A stretch of DNA of 63,641 nt, filler included, from Chiloscyllium plagiosum (taxonomy: Eukaryota), in assembly GCF_004010195.1 (NCBI RefSeq). It is 4 parts of one record of this genome, joined end to end, with 100 filler letters (N's around TTAATTAATTAA, not from the genome) between each part and the next. Parts side by side here need not be neighbours in the genome. Positions count along the whole stretch, not along the records: positions 21,956 to 46,772 come from NC_057710.1; 3 more parts are not named here. One strand, 5' to 3'. Every line of letters begins with the position of its first letter. The first letter of the stretch is position 1. The translations under genes and the position numbers were made by a program. Below are positions 24,770 to 38,215 of the stretch, piece by piece. Under the pieces are notes generated by a model. The model saw only the letters and a list, made by a program, of their open reading frames with translations, was not told the DNA's origin and did no database searches.

Positions 24770-25235
24770 TGAGAAGATTTGTAGCTCAAATTGCGGTTCT
24801 GGATGTAGATTTGCTGGCTGAGCTGGAATGATCATATGGTGACAAAATGTCTGAAAACTAGGTAACATCTTCAGTGAGCTGCTGAATGAAGCATCGGTGG
24901 TGTAGCCTGCTTTCTATTTATGTGTTGGAGTTTCCTTGGTTGGTGATGTCATTTCCTGTGCTGACATCATTTCCTATGGTGTTGTCACTTTCTGTTCTTT
25001 TCCTCAGGGATCCAACCGGGACATTTATCAACACACACTGACTTGGATCCCATTTACCATCCCCGAGAAAAAAAAAAGGAAATGACATCACCAACCCAAG
25101 GAATCTCCAACATATAAATAGAAAGCGGGCGACACCACTGGTGCTTCATTCCGAGGCTCACTGAAGATATTACCTCGTATGGTGACAAAACGTCTGAAAA
25201 CGAACCTTCCAGCTCAGCCAGCAAACCCACATCCA
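24770..25235. mobile_element. PLE family C fold-back insertion with 12-bp TSD
   Basis: Inverted arms ~24770-25010 and ~25030-25235; TSD GGACAGTATGTT (24758-69, 25236-47). Decayed hammerhead TCA-CTGAAGA-T-ATTACC..GGTGAC-AAAA-CGTC-TGA at 25158-25197. Confidence 0.75.
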
Positions 25236-25385
25236 GGACAGTATGTTCCTAAATTACTGTTAAATGGTCTTTCCAATAGGACTGCCTGCCATAAAAGTAA
25301 AGTTAACTCACAGACCTGAAAAAAGATTAGATATTTAGATACAGTTTAAAAATCTCTTAAAAGTAGAACCATTTCAACAGGATAA

Positions 25386-25712
25386 AGAGTGTGGTGCTGG
25401 AAAAGCACAGGTGGTCAGGCAGCACCCGAGAAGCAGGAGAATTGACATTTCGGGCTTATGCCCTTCATCAGGACTGAGGCTTGTAGGCTGGGGGACAGAC
25501 ACAAATGGGAGGGGGGGGTGGGGCTAGGGGGAAGGCAGCTGAGAATGCAATAGGTAGGTGAAGGTGAGGGAAAAGGTGATAAGTCAGAAAGGATTGAGGG
25601 AGAAGGTGATATAGAGAGAGGAGAACTTCAAGGTAGGCATCCTTGGAAGAGGGTTTGCAGTAACGTTAAAATCAACTAGTAGAAAGTGAGGACTGCAGAC
25701 GCTGGAGATCAG
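25386..25712 (-). mobile_element. PLE family A 3' end
   Basis: Family A terminal sequence; core CTGATGA-A-GGGC(ATAA)GCCC-GAAA-TGTC at 25444-25471 on -. Confidence 0.75.
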
Positions 25713-26533
25713 AACCTAACAGCAGTTTATGAACTACTGGATTGAAGTTCTACATTTGTAAGTAGATTGTCAAATGACAATTGGAGTCCTTTCAAAAAAA
25801 TTTATTTTGAGACTTTTCTTATGGCAGTAATGTTTTTTTTTAGTGAGAAACGGTATCACACAAAGCAAGTAGTTTCTAAATTAATTCTCTGACCTATGCA
25901 GTCAGTAAATTTTAGTGAGGCTTGTAATAGGGCCATTTCAATTAGTGTTATATTGAGCAGAGTTAAAGAGGGATATAAAAATGCTCAGCACTTCTCATCA
26001 CTCTCTGTTCAGAAATTTGAGAACATAGGGAAAGACAAGATTGTGCAAGAACATAATGCTCTCTTTTGGTCAAAAAACCTGTCAATATACTGATAATTAT
26101 CAGTGGTCAATCTGATAATGGTATTGAAACTGCTTAGCAACTTTAGAAGTGTTGTATTACAACAGAGTTGAGATTCAGCTCTAATAATTATGAATATAAT
26201 AGAGAATGTGGTACAGTGCAAAGGCAAATATTTTGGATATCTGAAATTGTAGAAATAAAATGGTAACACACAATACAGTCTTCTGACATGCACTTGAAGG
26301 ATGGACTTTTTAAGTGATGTAATTTATGCCTGGAAGTTTTTGATAAATATTATCGCACTAATCAGTGACATAAAACTCAGCTCCCCCAGTACCCCTCCGT
26401 TCAGGGAAAAATAATTTACATTAAAATTAGAAACATTTCCTTCAACTATAAATGACAAGACGACAAAACCCAACAGTTCACCAATTTAAAATCAGATTGT
26501 TTTCTTTTAAAAACAAAAAAAAATCCTCCCAAC

Positions 26534-26666
26534 CTGCTTCTCCTTGCATATCAGGATGATCTTTTTGAAACTCTTCTTTCTTTTTATCAAGTTCCTGTTG
26601 GAAATTTTCATACTCCTCTCGATACTTCTCTTTTTCTTCTTGGGGAATTGTCAAATCAGCAGGCTC
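26534..26666 (-). CDS. LMAN1: LMAN1 exon 8
   Basis: 133 bp with AG/GT boundaries. Encodes EPADLTIPQEEKEKYREEYENFQQELDKKKEEFQKDHPDMQGEA. Confidence 0.95.
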
Positions 26667-26760
26667 CTATAATCAGATATCAATAATGTTTTTCCATTTT
26701 AGAGTGTAATATAGGGATATTAATTCAAAAATCACACTGGCTAAGTTACTTATGAGTTTA

Positions 26761-27140
26761 AAGTTTGTGAGAAGATTTTAACCACCTAGCCACGAAATGA
26801 CACGACCAGCTATCCTTAGTAGCCACACACGCAGATGCCATCAACATGAATTCGACTGGGACAACACTACTATTATAGGACAAGCCAAACAGAGAACAGC
26901 CAGGGAATTCCTAGAGGCATGGCACTCATCCACAGATTCAATCAATAAGCACATCGACTTGGACTCAATATACCGACCATTGCAGCGGACAGCTGGAACT
27001 GACAACCAGATTCAAACCACTACAAATGCCGGAGGAAAGATCACAGAAGTGCTTCACAGGAGGCTCCCAAGCACTGAGGATGTCACTTAGACAGGGGACG
27101 AAACGTCTGCAACACAAATTTCCAGCTCGGCCAACAGAAC
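26761..27140 (+). mobile_element. PLE family B 3' fragment (GIY-YIG C-terminus) with 14-bp TSD
   Basis: Translates HEFDWDNTTIIGQAKQRTAREFLEAWHSSTDSINKH. TSD TACTTATGAGTTTA at 26747-60 and 27141-54. Confidence 0.85.
27071..27110 (+). ncRNA. Minimal hammerhead ribozyme motif (family B)
   Basis: GCA-CUGAGGA-U-GUC(ACUUAGACAGGG)GAC-GAAA-CGUC|UGC; stem I GCA/UGC, GUC cleavage triplet. Confidence 0.7.
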
Positions 27141-28399
27141 TACTTATGAGTTTAGTTACATTGCCACAGCAACTGTACAGAGGAACAACAGTTCCATAGT
27201 TCAGCAAATGAGTATAAAGCATAAGAATGCTCATTAGAAAAATATTTACATTCAACATGGCTTGATAACTAAATAAATCATGAGACAGTGTATCAAATCA
27301 TACCTGTAAAAGGACAACCCCAATTCAATTTACAGTCTGCTGAATCAGCTGACTTCAACCAACAAAGCAGTGAAATGGTATAATGGACAATAAATAGAGT
27401 AGTTTTTGTGGATTTGCACTGAGGACAGCATTGTTCGTATTGGGGAATAAGGTCTTAGATAAGCTGTTAACACTGGGGAAGAAGTATGGAGAAAAAAAGT
27501 TTGAATTCAGATATGTGGTGTTAACTAGAATGAGATATTAATTTAGCCATTGCTAACAGTTCATTATTTGAAGCCAAAATTCTAACGTTCTTAAAAGACC
27601 CTGTGACTGCCAACAGATCCGGTTTCCCTCCTATTTGCACAAAATGGCAGCAAATACATGCAGTGATAACTTGTATTGTCTGAGATTGAAACACTAAATG
27701 CATTTTCCAAAGAAAAATCAAAGTACAGATAGCAAAATTCAAAAGGATTATTAGGTAAAGAGCAATTATATGCCAAAAATAGAATGTTTCAGTAGTACAC
27801 TGTTGCGTTGATTTTATCCAAGCAATTACCATTAAATTCCAGACTTAAAAATGGATACGTGCCTTCGCTTACAGCTATATTCATGAGAAATTTGAAAAAC
27901 AATGAATAATTATTTTTCTAGTATTAATTAATAAGAATATGGATTTTTTTTCTTCCACATGGTAGTTGCTGCAGCTTACATTCATATATTAGGTATGCTG
28001 GCGTGGAATTCATACTTGGGCAACCTTGAACTTTGAGGTCAGGTCAGATGCAATCTCTCCACCACTGCCTTCAGCATAATACAACTTGCGCAATTTTGAG
28101 AATATACAGCTTACTTAGATAGTACATGGTAGTAGAGCTAATAAATAGCATTTTAATTTCATGCTTCAGTTCTGCAGCTGACTACTGCTTTGGAATTCTT
28201 CAATTCTACTGCTCAATAGCTCAACTGCAAAAATCATAAAGGTCGCCATAGTGAGTGGTAACTTAAAATATAAATAAATTAAGGGCTCTTGAAGAACAGG
28301 AGAAATATCCTCACCACTGAGCAAGGGGTTTTGGATTCAACTCCCACTTGCTCTAGAGGCCTAGCCATCCTCAGGTGCTTGACTTTCTCCAATAAAAGT

Positions 28400-29205
28400 C
28401 AATCTAACCACCAGCTTTTGATATGCAATAGTTTTACCATTAATGAATGCCCCACTGTCAACATCCTTGGGGTTATTATTGGTCAGAAATTCAACTGGAC
28501 TAGCCATATAAATAAAAGATGGCTACAAGTGTATGACAAACACTAGGAATACTGCAGTGAATAAGCCATCTCTTGACTCCCCAAAGCCAGTCCACCACCG
28601 GAGTCAAAATGTGCGGTGCTAGAAAAGCACAGGCAACCTTTCAGGAGCAGAACATTCAACATTTCTAACATAAGCTCTTCATCCATCTCAAAGGCACGGG
28701 AGGATGATAGAATACTTCCCTACTTGATTGAATGGGTGTAATACCAATAAACACTTAAGCAGCTTGACACCATTCAGAACAAAGCAACTCGCTTGACTGG
28801 CACCACATCCACAAGAATCCACTCCCTCAATCACCAATGCTCAGTACCAGCTTGTGAAGCGTATCCTATCTATATGCTGCACTGCAGAAATTCAAACTTC
28901 CTTAAACAGTACTTTCCAAACCCATGACCACTTTCATCTGGAAGAACAGGGGCAACAGATGGGAACACCTGCATGTTACCCTCCAAGCCACTCACTAACC
29001 TGATTTAGAAACATATTACCATTTCCTCACTGTCGTTGGATCAAAGTTCTGGCATTACCTCCCTTAGGTTATTGTGGGACTATTTACAGCACATGGATCG
29101 CAGTAGTTCAAGGCAGCAGCTCACCACTACTTTCTCAAAGGCATCTATGGATAGACAATAAATACTAGCCAGCCAGCGAGGCCCACATTCCAGAGTGAAT
29201 AAAAG
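28400..29205 (+). mobile_element. Decayed L2/Crack-like LINE 3' region, interrupted by a PLE-A fragment (~28600-28685)
   Basis: PTVNILGVIIGQKFNWTSHIN...LLTPQS...LDTIQNKATRL, an RT C-terminal pattern, ending in an A-rich tail. Confidence 0.6.
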
Positions 29206-29334
29206 AAAAGAAAACCTGAGCAAGGTGATTCGAAAATATCTAAAAAAAAATTAAACTTCCAGTTACTAACTGAAAGGATAAGAAATAAGTTATTTATATT
29301 AACATGTTTTAAGACTTAACTGTCAGGCTAAAAA

Positions 29335-29565
29335 AGGTAAAAACAAGGACTGCAAATGCTGGAAACCAGAATCTAGATTAGAGCGGTGCTGGAAAAGCAC
29401 AGCAGGTCAGGCAGCATCTGAGGAGCAGGAAAATTGATGTTTCGGGTTAAAGCCCTTCAACAGGAAGAGACGAATAGAGCTCTATTCCTGACGAAGGGCT
29501 TTTGCCCAAAACGTCAATTTCCCTGCTCCTCGGATGGAGCCTGACTTGCTGTGCTTTTCCAGCAC
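29335..29565. mobile_element. PLE family A fold-back insertion with 15-bp TSD
   Basis: Inverted arms meet near the palindrome GAATAGAGCTCTATTC (29472-87). TSD CTGTCAGGCTAAAAA at 29320-34 and 29566-80. Confidence 0.85.
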
Positions 29566-30059
29566 CTGTCAGGCTAAAAAGCACAATTGATTAACCACCT
29601 TATGGAAGTAACTTATACTTTAAACCATATGGCAGAATGTTCTTTTTTAGCACAAGTGCAAAATAAAACTTAAGAATATTTTAGACTTTCAATCCACCAG
29701 GATTTCTGTATTTGTTTCTGATTTTCAGCAGTTCTTTCAGTTTTTAGTTGAATGTTTATATTTCCCTTCAATACTAATTTGCAGTAAACAGTTAAACATG
29801 CAGTCCCTCCCATTCAAAACACTAATAGCACTGAAAGAACAACAATTAAGGAAACCAGAATAAGTAAAAATAAATCTGAAACAAAAATTAGGAGATCATT
29901 AGGATGACAATAATGGTTCAAAGTCCATTATTACTGTAATATTTTACAGGCAATTCCAAAGGTCAAGCAATTTATTATTTAAATGTTTTACTTCAGTACA
30001 TGAAGTGTAATTAGTTAGTCCATTCAGGCAATTCAAAAATTTAATTTGCTAGACAATGA

Positions 30060-30945
30060 ATACCATTAATGGTTTAGATGAGGGAACTAAATGCTCATCT
30101 CCACAACTCAAGGCTGCATGGAAAAGTGAATGGTGAGAAAAATGCAGAGAGGCTTCAGTGTGATTTCGACAAGTTGAACGAGTGGTCAAATACATGCTAG
30201 ATGAAGTGAATAAATGTAAAAGTATTCAAGGTGGCAGCAAAAACAGGAAGGCAGATAAGGCAATAGGTTGGCAAGAGGAGGTGGGGATGAGGGAGATTTG
30301 ACAACACCTGGCTGAACTTGTATACCAATCGCTGAGTGAAAGTATTCAGGTACAGGCAGCAAATGGTATCTTGGCAAGAGGAGTGTGTGTGTTGTTGCAA
30401 TTGTATAGATGTGGTTTCACCAAGGCCTTGAAGTACTATGTGCAGCTTTGGTCTCACATGGATAGATGTTCTGGCTGTGGAGACTGCAACAAAGGTTTAT
30501 CAAACTGATTCCTGGGATAGCAGGACTGGATTATGAAAAAAGAGACTGCATTTTTTCAGACTATATTCACTGGGGTTTAGAAGAATGGGGTTGTGGCAGG
30601 GGATGAACCCAAACAGAAAATTACAACAGATCTAGACAGGGTAAAATGGATGAAGTATGTTACTGATGACCAGGGAATCCAGAACCAGAGGACACAGTCA
30701 AAGAATAAATAGTAGGCCATTTAGGACTGAATTGAGGAGAAATTTCTTCATCCAGGGAGTGGTGAGCCTGTGGAATTCTCAGCCTTGACCACTTTCTCTG
30801 GCCAAAACATTGAAGTGCTTTCAAGGAGTAAGATATAAAGGCATTAAAAAGTATGGGGAAGAAAGCAGGAATAATGAGCCATAATAACAAACTGTGTATC
30901 AGGTTCAAAAGGCCGAATGGTCTATTCCTGCTCCTAATTTCCATG
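30060..30945 (+). mobile_element. Decayed CR1 3' region
   Basis: LEVLCAALV / VQFWS-like segments and RRNFFIQGVVSLWNS, followed by a CR1 3' UTR. Confidence 0.65.
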
Positions 30946-31226
30946 TTTACATTAAAGTCACTTTTTTAAAAAATAAATGAATCAAATATATACTAGCTTC
31001 AAGCAAAAGAAGGTTGTACCTTATTGTAATAAAACAATATTAGGAAAAAAAATCCTCTATAAGCAAGTTGCCAAAACGTGCTCATTTTCAGTTTTCCCAT
31101 TCTCCTTCAATTTATTACTACTTCAGAATTTACGCATATTCTTACTTTTCAGCTAACACACTGTTGCATCTTGTATTTGCACATATCATGCAGCTTTTTT
31201 CAATTAATGTTCATTTTAAATCTTAC

Positions 31227-31285
31227 CACTGGCTTGCCAGGTTCCAAAAGTCTGAATGTCAGAAAGGACAAGACGTCATGATCAT
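31227..31285 (-). CDS. LMAN1: LMAN1 exon 7
   Basis: 59 bp; (D)DHDVLSFLTFRLLEPGKPV; CAG acceptor, GTAAGA donor. Confidence 0.95.
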
Positions 31286-31412
31286 CTGTCAAGAACAAAT
31301 CAACATGTGAAAGTCTAATTGTGACATTTGTAATGAGTTAATTCACTACTTAAAACAAACTTTTCTGCAGGTCTTGAAAAAAATGCACATTATGTTTATG
31401 CTAGAAACTCAC

Positions 31413-31536
31413 CTGCAAGACCACCAGTCGCTGCAGAGATTCCAAAATAACCTTCGGGTGGAAGCATCATATTTTCTACTCTGGCACAAAGTTCATAATC
31501 ATCGTTATTCGGAGTAAAGCCATTATGTAGCATAAC
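31413..31536 (-). CDS. LMAN1: LMAN1 exon 6
   Basis: 124 bp; VMLHNGFTPNNDDYELCARVENMMLPPEGYFGISAATGGLA; TAG acceptor, GTGAGT donor. Confidence 0.97.
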
Positions 31537-33297
31537 CTACAACAGAAGATCAGGACATGTATTTTTGAGTGTCTTTTGAAGATTCTGATGACCATGTACA
31601 ATAATTGGTCTAAATCCGTTTTGGTTAAATTTTAACAGATTGGCTATATTTTCTTTTCAATCTTGATGAGACATGCTGTGAATATAACTGAATAAAGATA
31701 CCTTTGCTTGTCAATTGAACACAGATAAATTGATAGTATAATGCTTCTACCTAATGAAACTAGAGATCTTCAGAATACAATTTAACACCAAAAAACATAA
31801 TACACACAATGCTGAAGACCCTACATAATTCATTTGAGGCCTCACGTTGAGGCCCCCTTTCCATTCCCGATAATCTTTTATTAGTCAACTTAAACTATAT
31901 GATTTCTAAATAGCCAAGCTTATGGAACTGCTAGATTTACTGAAATCACCTCCGTGGGTTTTGGCTTTATTTTGCACTTTTTTTTAGTTCTGTTTGGGTT
32001 CAGTTTGTTGGAAAAGAGAAGTGTCAAGCTAATCCAGTCTCTCTCAGAAAACCCTTTGGGGCTCCAGATTAGGAACGCAAAACCCTGATTCAAATGTTTG
32101 CCTGATATAGCTTGCAAAAACTGAAATGAACTATTTTTGAACATTCCAGTCACAACACCTTGTGTTTGCTGATAATAATTTACATGTGCCAGGATGCTGA
32201 CTGAGAGCCACCTTGAACACTTCACACCTTATCCTTTTTCCCTCAAAATCCAACAATTATTAGCCACAGGACGTGTTTGAAAATTGTTCTGCAGAGATTA
32301 ATTTCTTTATTTTTTCATGAATTGCCTTGTGTTTTGGGATTATTTAGAATGGTGTATATAATTTAATATTTGCAACCATGTCTTAATCGACTTTACACAT
32401 TTTTCAACTAAGTCTTGTTTCCAAAATAAGAATTTTATTTGAGATAAACCTGGCTGATGGATTTGTATAATACACCCAATATAAAATTGGCTATATCGGT
32501 AATTGCGCGAGGCAAGCGAATGTGAGTCATTAAGAGGCAATTGTCCCTAGACTAAAGACTATTGCTCATCCCTAACTGCCGTAAAGGCAATTGTGAGCTG
32601 TGTTCTGAACTTCTGCAGTCCGGGGTTTACTCAAATGTTGGTATTTTTATAAAGAAAATAAATTGGAGCTGTCATGTTGAATCAATTGGCACCTGCTATA
32701 TCTAATACAGATTTTGTCTATGATAGATTTTTTATAGAAGTTCTCACTTATCCAGTACATAGATTGATATCTTTGAAGCAAAGGTCAACCAAGAGAAGAA
32801 CACTCAAATGGTATAAAATTCACAATAAATGGCAATGGTTCACAATAGTCAACATGGAGAAGTAGGACAACTTGCTCTCACAGCTTTATTTCTTCACAGA
32901 GCAGGCATATAGGCTTTCATAATGCTCCATAAAAATAGTTTAGACTCATTGAGTCAATTAGCCAGTATATGAGATAAGCCATGTTTGATAATCCTTATTT
33001 TTGATCCAGTATTAATTTATGTCTCTGAAAACGTACAAGATTGATTAAAAACCATGATATTCACAACAGAATGACGTAGTTTAATTCGATTAAAGAGTTT
33101 GGAGTATTTAAGAAAAGGACTTCAATTAAAATGAGAAAATACAAGGACCCTGTGTTTAATGAACATAGACATTTTGCATGAACATCAGTAAGTTGTTAGG
33201 ACTGGAAATCATATGGAGATTTGCCAGATGCATATCTGCTGTACCTGACCTGAGTGGTGTTATTTTGGAACAGTGGAGTCCTCAGTTCAATACATAC

Positions 33298-33425
33298 TAG
33301 GAGAAATAGGGGACCGCAGATACTACAGATCAGAGTCGAGTGTGTAGTGCTGGAAAAGCACAGGTCAGGCAGCATCTGAGGAGCAGGAGCATCAATGTTT
33401 CGAGCACAAGCCCTTCATCAGGAAT
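33298..33425 (-). mobile_element. PLE family A 3' end
   Basis: Family A terminal sequence with a partly decayed hammerhead core. Confidence 0.7.
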
Positions 33426-33639
33426 GGTAAATACATCAGAAACACCCCTGTGGAGGGAAGTTCATCAGAACAGATGCAACAAAGACTGAGAAACTAGGAG
33501 AATGGAATGGAGTCCATACAGAGAGGAGGGATTGAAACGGTGTAGTCAAGGCAACTATAGTGAGTTGGATTTTGAAGAATGAAATGGTGGTGGCAAGGTG
33601 GAGAGTCCCCCTAGCTTAATTAAACTCTCTTGAATGGAA

Positions 33640-34345
33640 TAACTAGCTTAAATCTAGAGAGGTCACGACAGGAGACTGCAGCCCCTTGGTATGATCCTCT
33701 TGCGCAGTGTGGGAAATAAGGGTCTCTAGTTCTAGTCTCTCTAATGACCACATGTGCAAGATGTGTGTCCAGTTGCAGCTACTGGCTAACTGCTTTCCCG
33801 AAGTGGATCTGCAGATGGATTCACTGCGAAGCTAAGGATGTTTAGCGAGGTGGTCACACTACAGGTGAGTAGTAGACAGGCTGAAAGAGAATGGGTAGCC
33901 AAAGTAATAGGTTCAGGAAGGACATGCAGGAATACTCTGTGGTCATCCCTGTCTGAAATAGATGTATGGCTTTGAGTAATATTGGAGGGTGGGGAGGGCA
34001 GAGAAGGCCTCTCAAGGGAAAGCAACATCAGCCAATTTCATCAGCCACTATGGGTGGCTTTGCTGCACAGATGGGGAGGAAAACGAGTTCAGGGTTATAA
34101 TGATAGGCAATTCAATAGGAGGGCACACAAACAGGTGCTTCAAATGTGATATGTTGCCTTCCTGTGCCAGGGATGTCACGGAGTAGCTTCAGGACATTCT
34201 GGAGTGGAAGAGTGAACAGACAGTGGTCATGGCACACATAGGTACCAATGATTCAGGTACACAAAGAGATGAGGACCTGAAAGCTGAATATAGGAAGTTA
34301 GGATATAAATTAAAATACAGAATCTCAAATGCAGTAATCTCAGAT
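33640..34345 (+). mobile_element. Decayed CR1 ORF1 (Zn finger and esterase)
   Basis: HMCKMCVQLQLL, VIMIGNSI and HIGTND motifs with frameshifts. Confidence 0.65.
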
Positions 34346-34968
34346 TAGGCTTTACTGAATTCCATGTAGACAACATCAACCACTTTTCCCTCAACAATCA
34401 TCTTTGTCATTTCCTCAAAAAATTCAATCAAGTTAGTGAGGCACAACCTCTCCTGCACAAAACCACGCTTATCGCAAATCTTTTCCATTTGCTTTTACGT
34501 GCTTATGGATCTTGTTCCAGAGAATCTTTTCCAATAATTTCCCTATCACTGAGGAGGTTCACAGGCCTGTAATTTCCTGGATTATCTAATACTGTTTGTT
34601 TCTCATTGATTTTCTGAAATGGAGCTCAATCTAAATTTGCAGATTGTAGCAATTCAGGCAAGGAAATAGAATCAAATTAAACAGGCCAAAAAGTATCAAA
34701 TGAAATGGACAAAATATAGCCAACTACAAACATAAAAAGAACAGAATTGTAAAACGTACTGCGTGATTAAGGTTTAAATAGCTATACTCTAAGAACTAGC
34801 CCTGTACCAAAATCACAAGATCGAATGAGCTATTTCCACAAACCGTTTGATGCTGTCGTTTACCATGGATTTCCCCACAAACCACTAATTGCTCACAGCG
34901 GATTTCTTTGATATAAGACAGAAACCAAGGTGACAATCATTTCAATATGTTCAAAATAAGAGACTTAC

Positions 34969-35068
34969 CGTCAGTATTTTTTTGTAGTAGATAATTCTAG
35001 CTCTTACAGCGTAAGGCTTGTTCCTAAAGTCTCTCAGACAAGAGCCTAATGCTTGCGTTGCACCATCA
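34969..35068 (-). CDS. LMAN1: LMAN1 exon 5
   Basis: 100 bp; (N)DGATQALGSCLRDFRNKPYAVRARIIYYKKILT; CAG acceptor, GTAAGT donor. Confidence 0.97.
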
Positions 35069-36342
35069 CTGTAGAAGCAAGTAAATTATTGTATTGTTAA
35101 AACACAAGTAGTAAGCTAAATCATTTGAGGAATATAACAAGTCAAACCCATCAAAAATAAAGTTGGGATCGACTTTCATACACTTCCTTACATTTTGATT
35201 AATAAGCATTCAAAATTTAGGTATTCAGTTTTATTTGCTGCTTTTTGTCCTATCCAAAAATTTAAAGAAAGCTTCTTTAAAAAAAAATACATTGTTTTGC
35301 ATATACAATCACATCATAATTAATCAGAACAGAGGTAATTTGTGAGGAAATCAATTTTCATATATCTTAGTTGGGTAATTCTGAAGAGGCACAGCATTCT
35401 TGGCTCTAGTTCATGTTTCGTTAACATTTGAGTTAGAATGAAACATTGAACTTACTTGCAACCATAGTATGACACAAGTTCACAAACTACATCATGTTGT
35501 ACACTTACAGACTGCAAAATGACCAAAGACAGCTCTACTTAAATACATACAAAATCACAGGGATAACAACCAGCAGGCTTTACCTTGAAAACATGGCTGA
35601 TACCACTTTTTGCCCAGACAAAGACTAGCAGATCTTGTGCTCAACAGTATCACAGAGGAGTCTATAGCTGCTGGCACAGAGAGCCAGTACAAAGGCAAGT
35701 AAATGTGCAAGGTCATGGGATAAAGGGTTTCCAGCAGACAAACCATAGCCAGATGATGCTGTCCAGTCCCTTGATCATACATGGACTGCATTTGATCAAA
35801 GGCCCATTGCTCCCAAAGAGACAAGGTGCATTCAGGACAGAAGCTATTCGGAGCTTTGCATGGTGCCCTGCTCTCCTGCTGCTGTGCAAGTCCTGGTGAC
35901 ACTTAAATAGTCCTTGTCTGGGTCCTCAGTTTGACAATAGTAGGGAAGGTCCTCCTTAATATTGTGTTAGAAGTTCAATTTAGACTACAAATTTATGCTG
36001 AACAACGTCAAAAGGATTTGGATTCAAGTCTGAGACAAGATCTTGAACAATGGAACAATTTGCTTCAATACCAAGATATTTACTAGAAAATAGTTAGTTA
36101 CATTTGACCATGTAAAGCAACCAAACTCATTCACATCAACAGTCTCTTTGTTGAAGACCTTTTTAAAAAGATGAACTAAGCATACCAGTGAATCAAATAC
36201 ATGCTATCTCAGGCATTCAGCTTCAAGCACTTCCAGGTCAGATAATCAATAATCACCCTCAATCATCACCAAATAACATGCTTCAGTCAAAACAGAATCT
36301 ACGTTAATGTAAAAAGTTGCAGAAATTACTTTAAATACTTAC

Positions 36343-36404
36343 TTTTGATGATCATAGAGATATTGCCCATTGTTTCCAACAACAAGTACTACTGGGTTAT
36401 TCTT
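36343..36404 (-). CDS. LMAN1: LMAN1 exon 4
   Basis: 62 bp; KNNPVVLVVGNNGQYLYDHQ(N); CAG acceptor, GTAAGT donor. Confidence 0.96.
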
Positions 36405-37147
36405 CTGCAAATCAAAAATAAACTTTCAGGTTAACTTTTCTTATTGTGTAAAATTTCTAGACAACTTCAGATCTCAAATTGGAATATTCAAGATGTAAAC
36501 AACAAATACACAACATCTTCAATTCACTGGTGAAACAAAGATTTCAAGTCAGCATTTCAACATAATTAAAATAATTGGTAATCGGTGTATTTAATATTCT
36601 AAAGAAAGTCTTTTACCACTGCTAAACAACTTAGTGCTGGCTAAGAAACTTAAATGTAAAGCATAAAATTATTAAAGCAAACACTTAAAATCAAGTCAAA
36701 AACAAATTTACACAACTTATTAAGCGTCAAATCTAGAGATAACAAACAATAGAATTCAATGCACCTTCAGGAATGGCACACAAGAAAGATAGACTCTACA
36801 GTCATAGATGAGGGATCATTTCATCTGGAACCCTATTCATCACACTAACAAACTACACAATAAATAGGAGTACAGCCTGCTCAACTATTCAGCATGATCT
36901 TGGGTGCCAACCTCACGTTCTTGCCTACTTTGTATGCCTTTGAGATATCATAAATCCATTTATCCCAGCCTTGAATGATGAGACTTCTCCACCTTTGAGG
37001 GTTGTGGATGGTCAAAGATACATAAACCTTCAATTGAAACAACATTTCCTCATCTGAATCCTAAATGATAAGTCCTTTATCCAGCCGGCATTTCAGATTC
37101 TTTGACCAATGCAAACACTCTCAGTATCAATTCTCTCAAGCTCTTAT

Positions 37148-37620
37148 ATAGAGTCATAGAAATTTACAGCACACAAACAGACCCTTCAGTCCAACTTGTC
37201 TATGCCGACCAGATATGCTAACCTAATCTTGTCCCATTTACCAGCACTTGTCCCATATCCCTTCCTATTCATATACCCATCCAGATGCCTTTTAACTGTC
37301 GCAATTGTACCAACCTCTACCACTTCCTCTGGCAGCTCGTTCCATACATGCACCACTCTTTTTATAAAAAGGTTGTCCCTTAGGTCCCTTTTAAATCTTT
37401 CCTCTCTCTCCCTAAACCTATGCCCTCTAGTTCTGGACTTCCCATCCCCAGGAAGACGACCTTATTTATTTACCCTCATGATTTTATAAGCCTCTATAAG
37501 GTCACCCCTCAGCCTCCGACGCTCCAGGGAAAACAGCCCCAGCCTATTCAGCCTCTCCCCCTTAGATCAAATCCTCTAACCCTGGCAACATCCTTTTAAA
37601 TCTTTTTTCAACCCTTTCAA
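37148..37620 (-). mobile_element. CR1/HER1 3' end
   Basis: CR1 RT C-terminus (LFSLERRRLRGDLIEAYKIMR on -) plus 3' tail. Confidence 0.85.
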
Positions 37621-37874
37621 TGTTTCAATTAGATCATCTAATGCTCTTCTAAACATGAGAGATATAGATCCGATACACTCTCAGATCCCTTATCACAGAG
37701 CAATTTAGAGATTTGAGATCCCACTTTAGAGATCAGTTTGTATCTCATCCTGAAAGAGCTGTGCATCTGATAAAATATATGCCTGACAGCAACAAAAGGC
37801 AGCTTCATTCAGAAAATTAAGTATTTTACTTTGAAAGTTTAAGTCTATCGATTAAAAACAACATCAAAACGTCG

Positions 37875-38215
37875 TGGCGGCATGGTGATTCAGTGGCTAG
37901 CATTGCAGCCTCTCAGTGCCAGGGACCTGGGTTCAATTCCAGCCTCAGGTGACAGTCTGTGTGGAGTTAGCACATTCTTCCTGTGTCTGCATGGGTTTCC
38001 TCGTGCACTCCAATTTTCTCCCGCAGTCCAAAAATGTGCAGATTAGCTGGATTGGCCATGCTAAATTGCCCATAGTGTCCACGGATGCATAAGTTAGGTG
38101 GACAGCAAAGTTACAGTGATAGGTTAGGGGAGTAAGTCTGGATGGAATACTCTTTGGAGAATTGGTGTAGACCTAATGGGCCGAATGGCCTTTTTCCACA
38201 CTGAATAGATTCTAT
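37875..38215 (+). mobile_element. HE1-type V-SINE
   Basis: tRNA-like head with B box GGTTCAATTCC, V-domain and CR1-like tail. Confidence 0.85.

Noticed and set aside
35555..35902. ORFs with LKTWLIPL faintly resembling the Harbinger transposase GYPL..WL.TP motif
   Set aside because: Similarity is limited to a few residues and the downstream motifs are absent.
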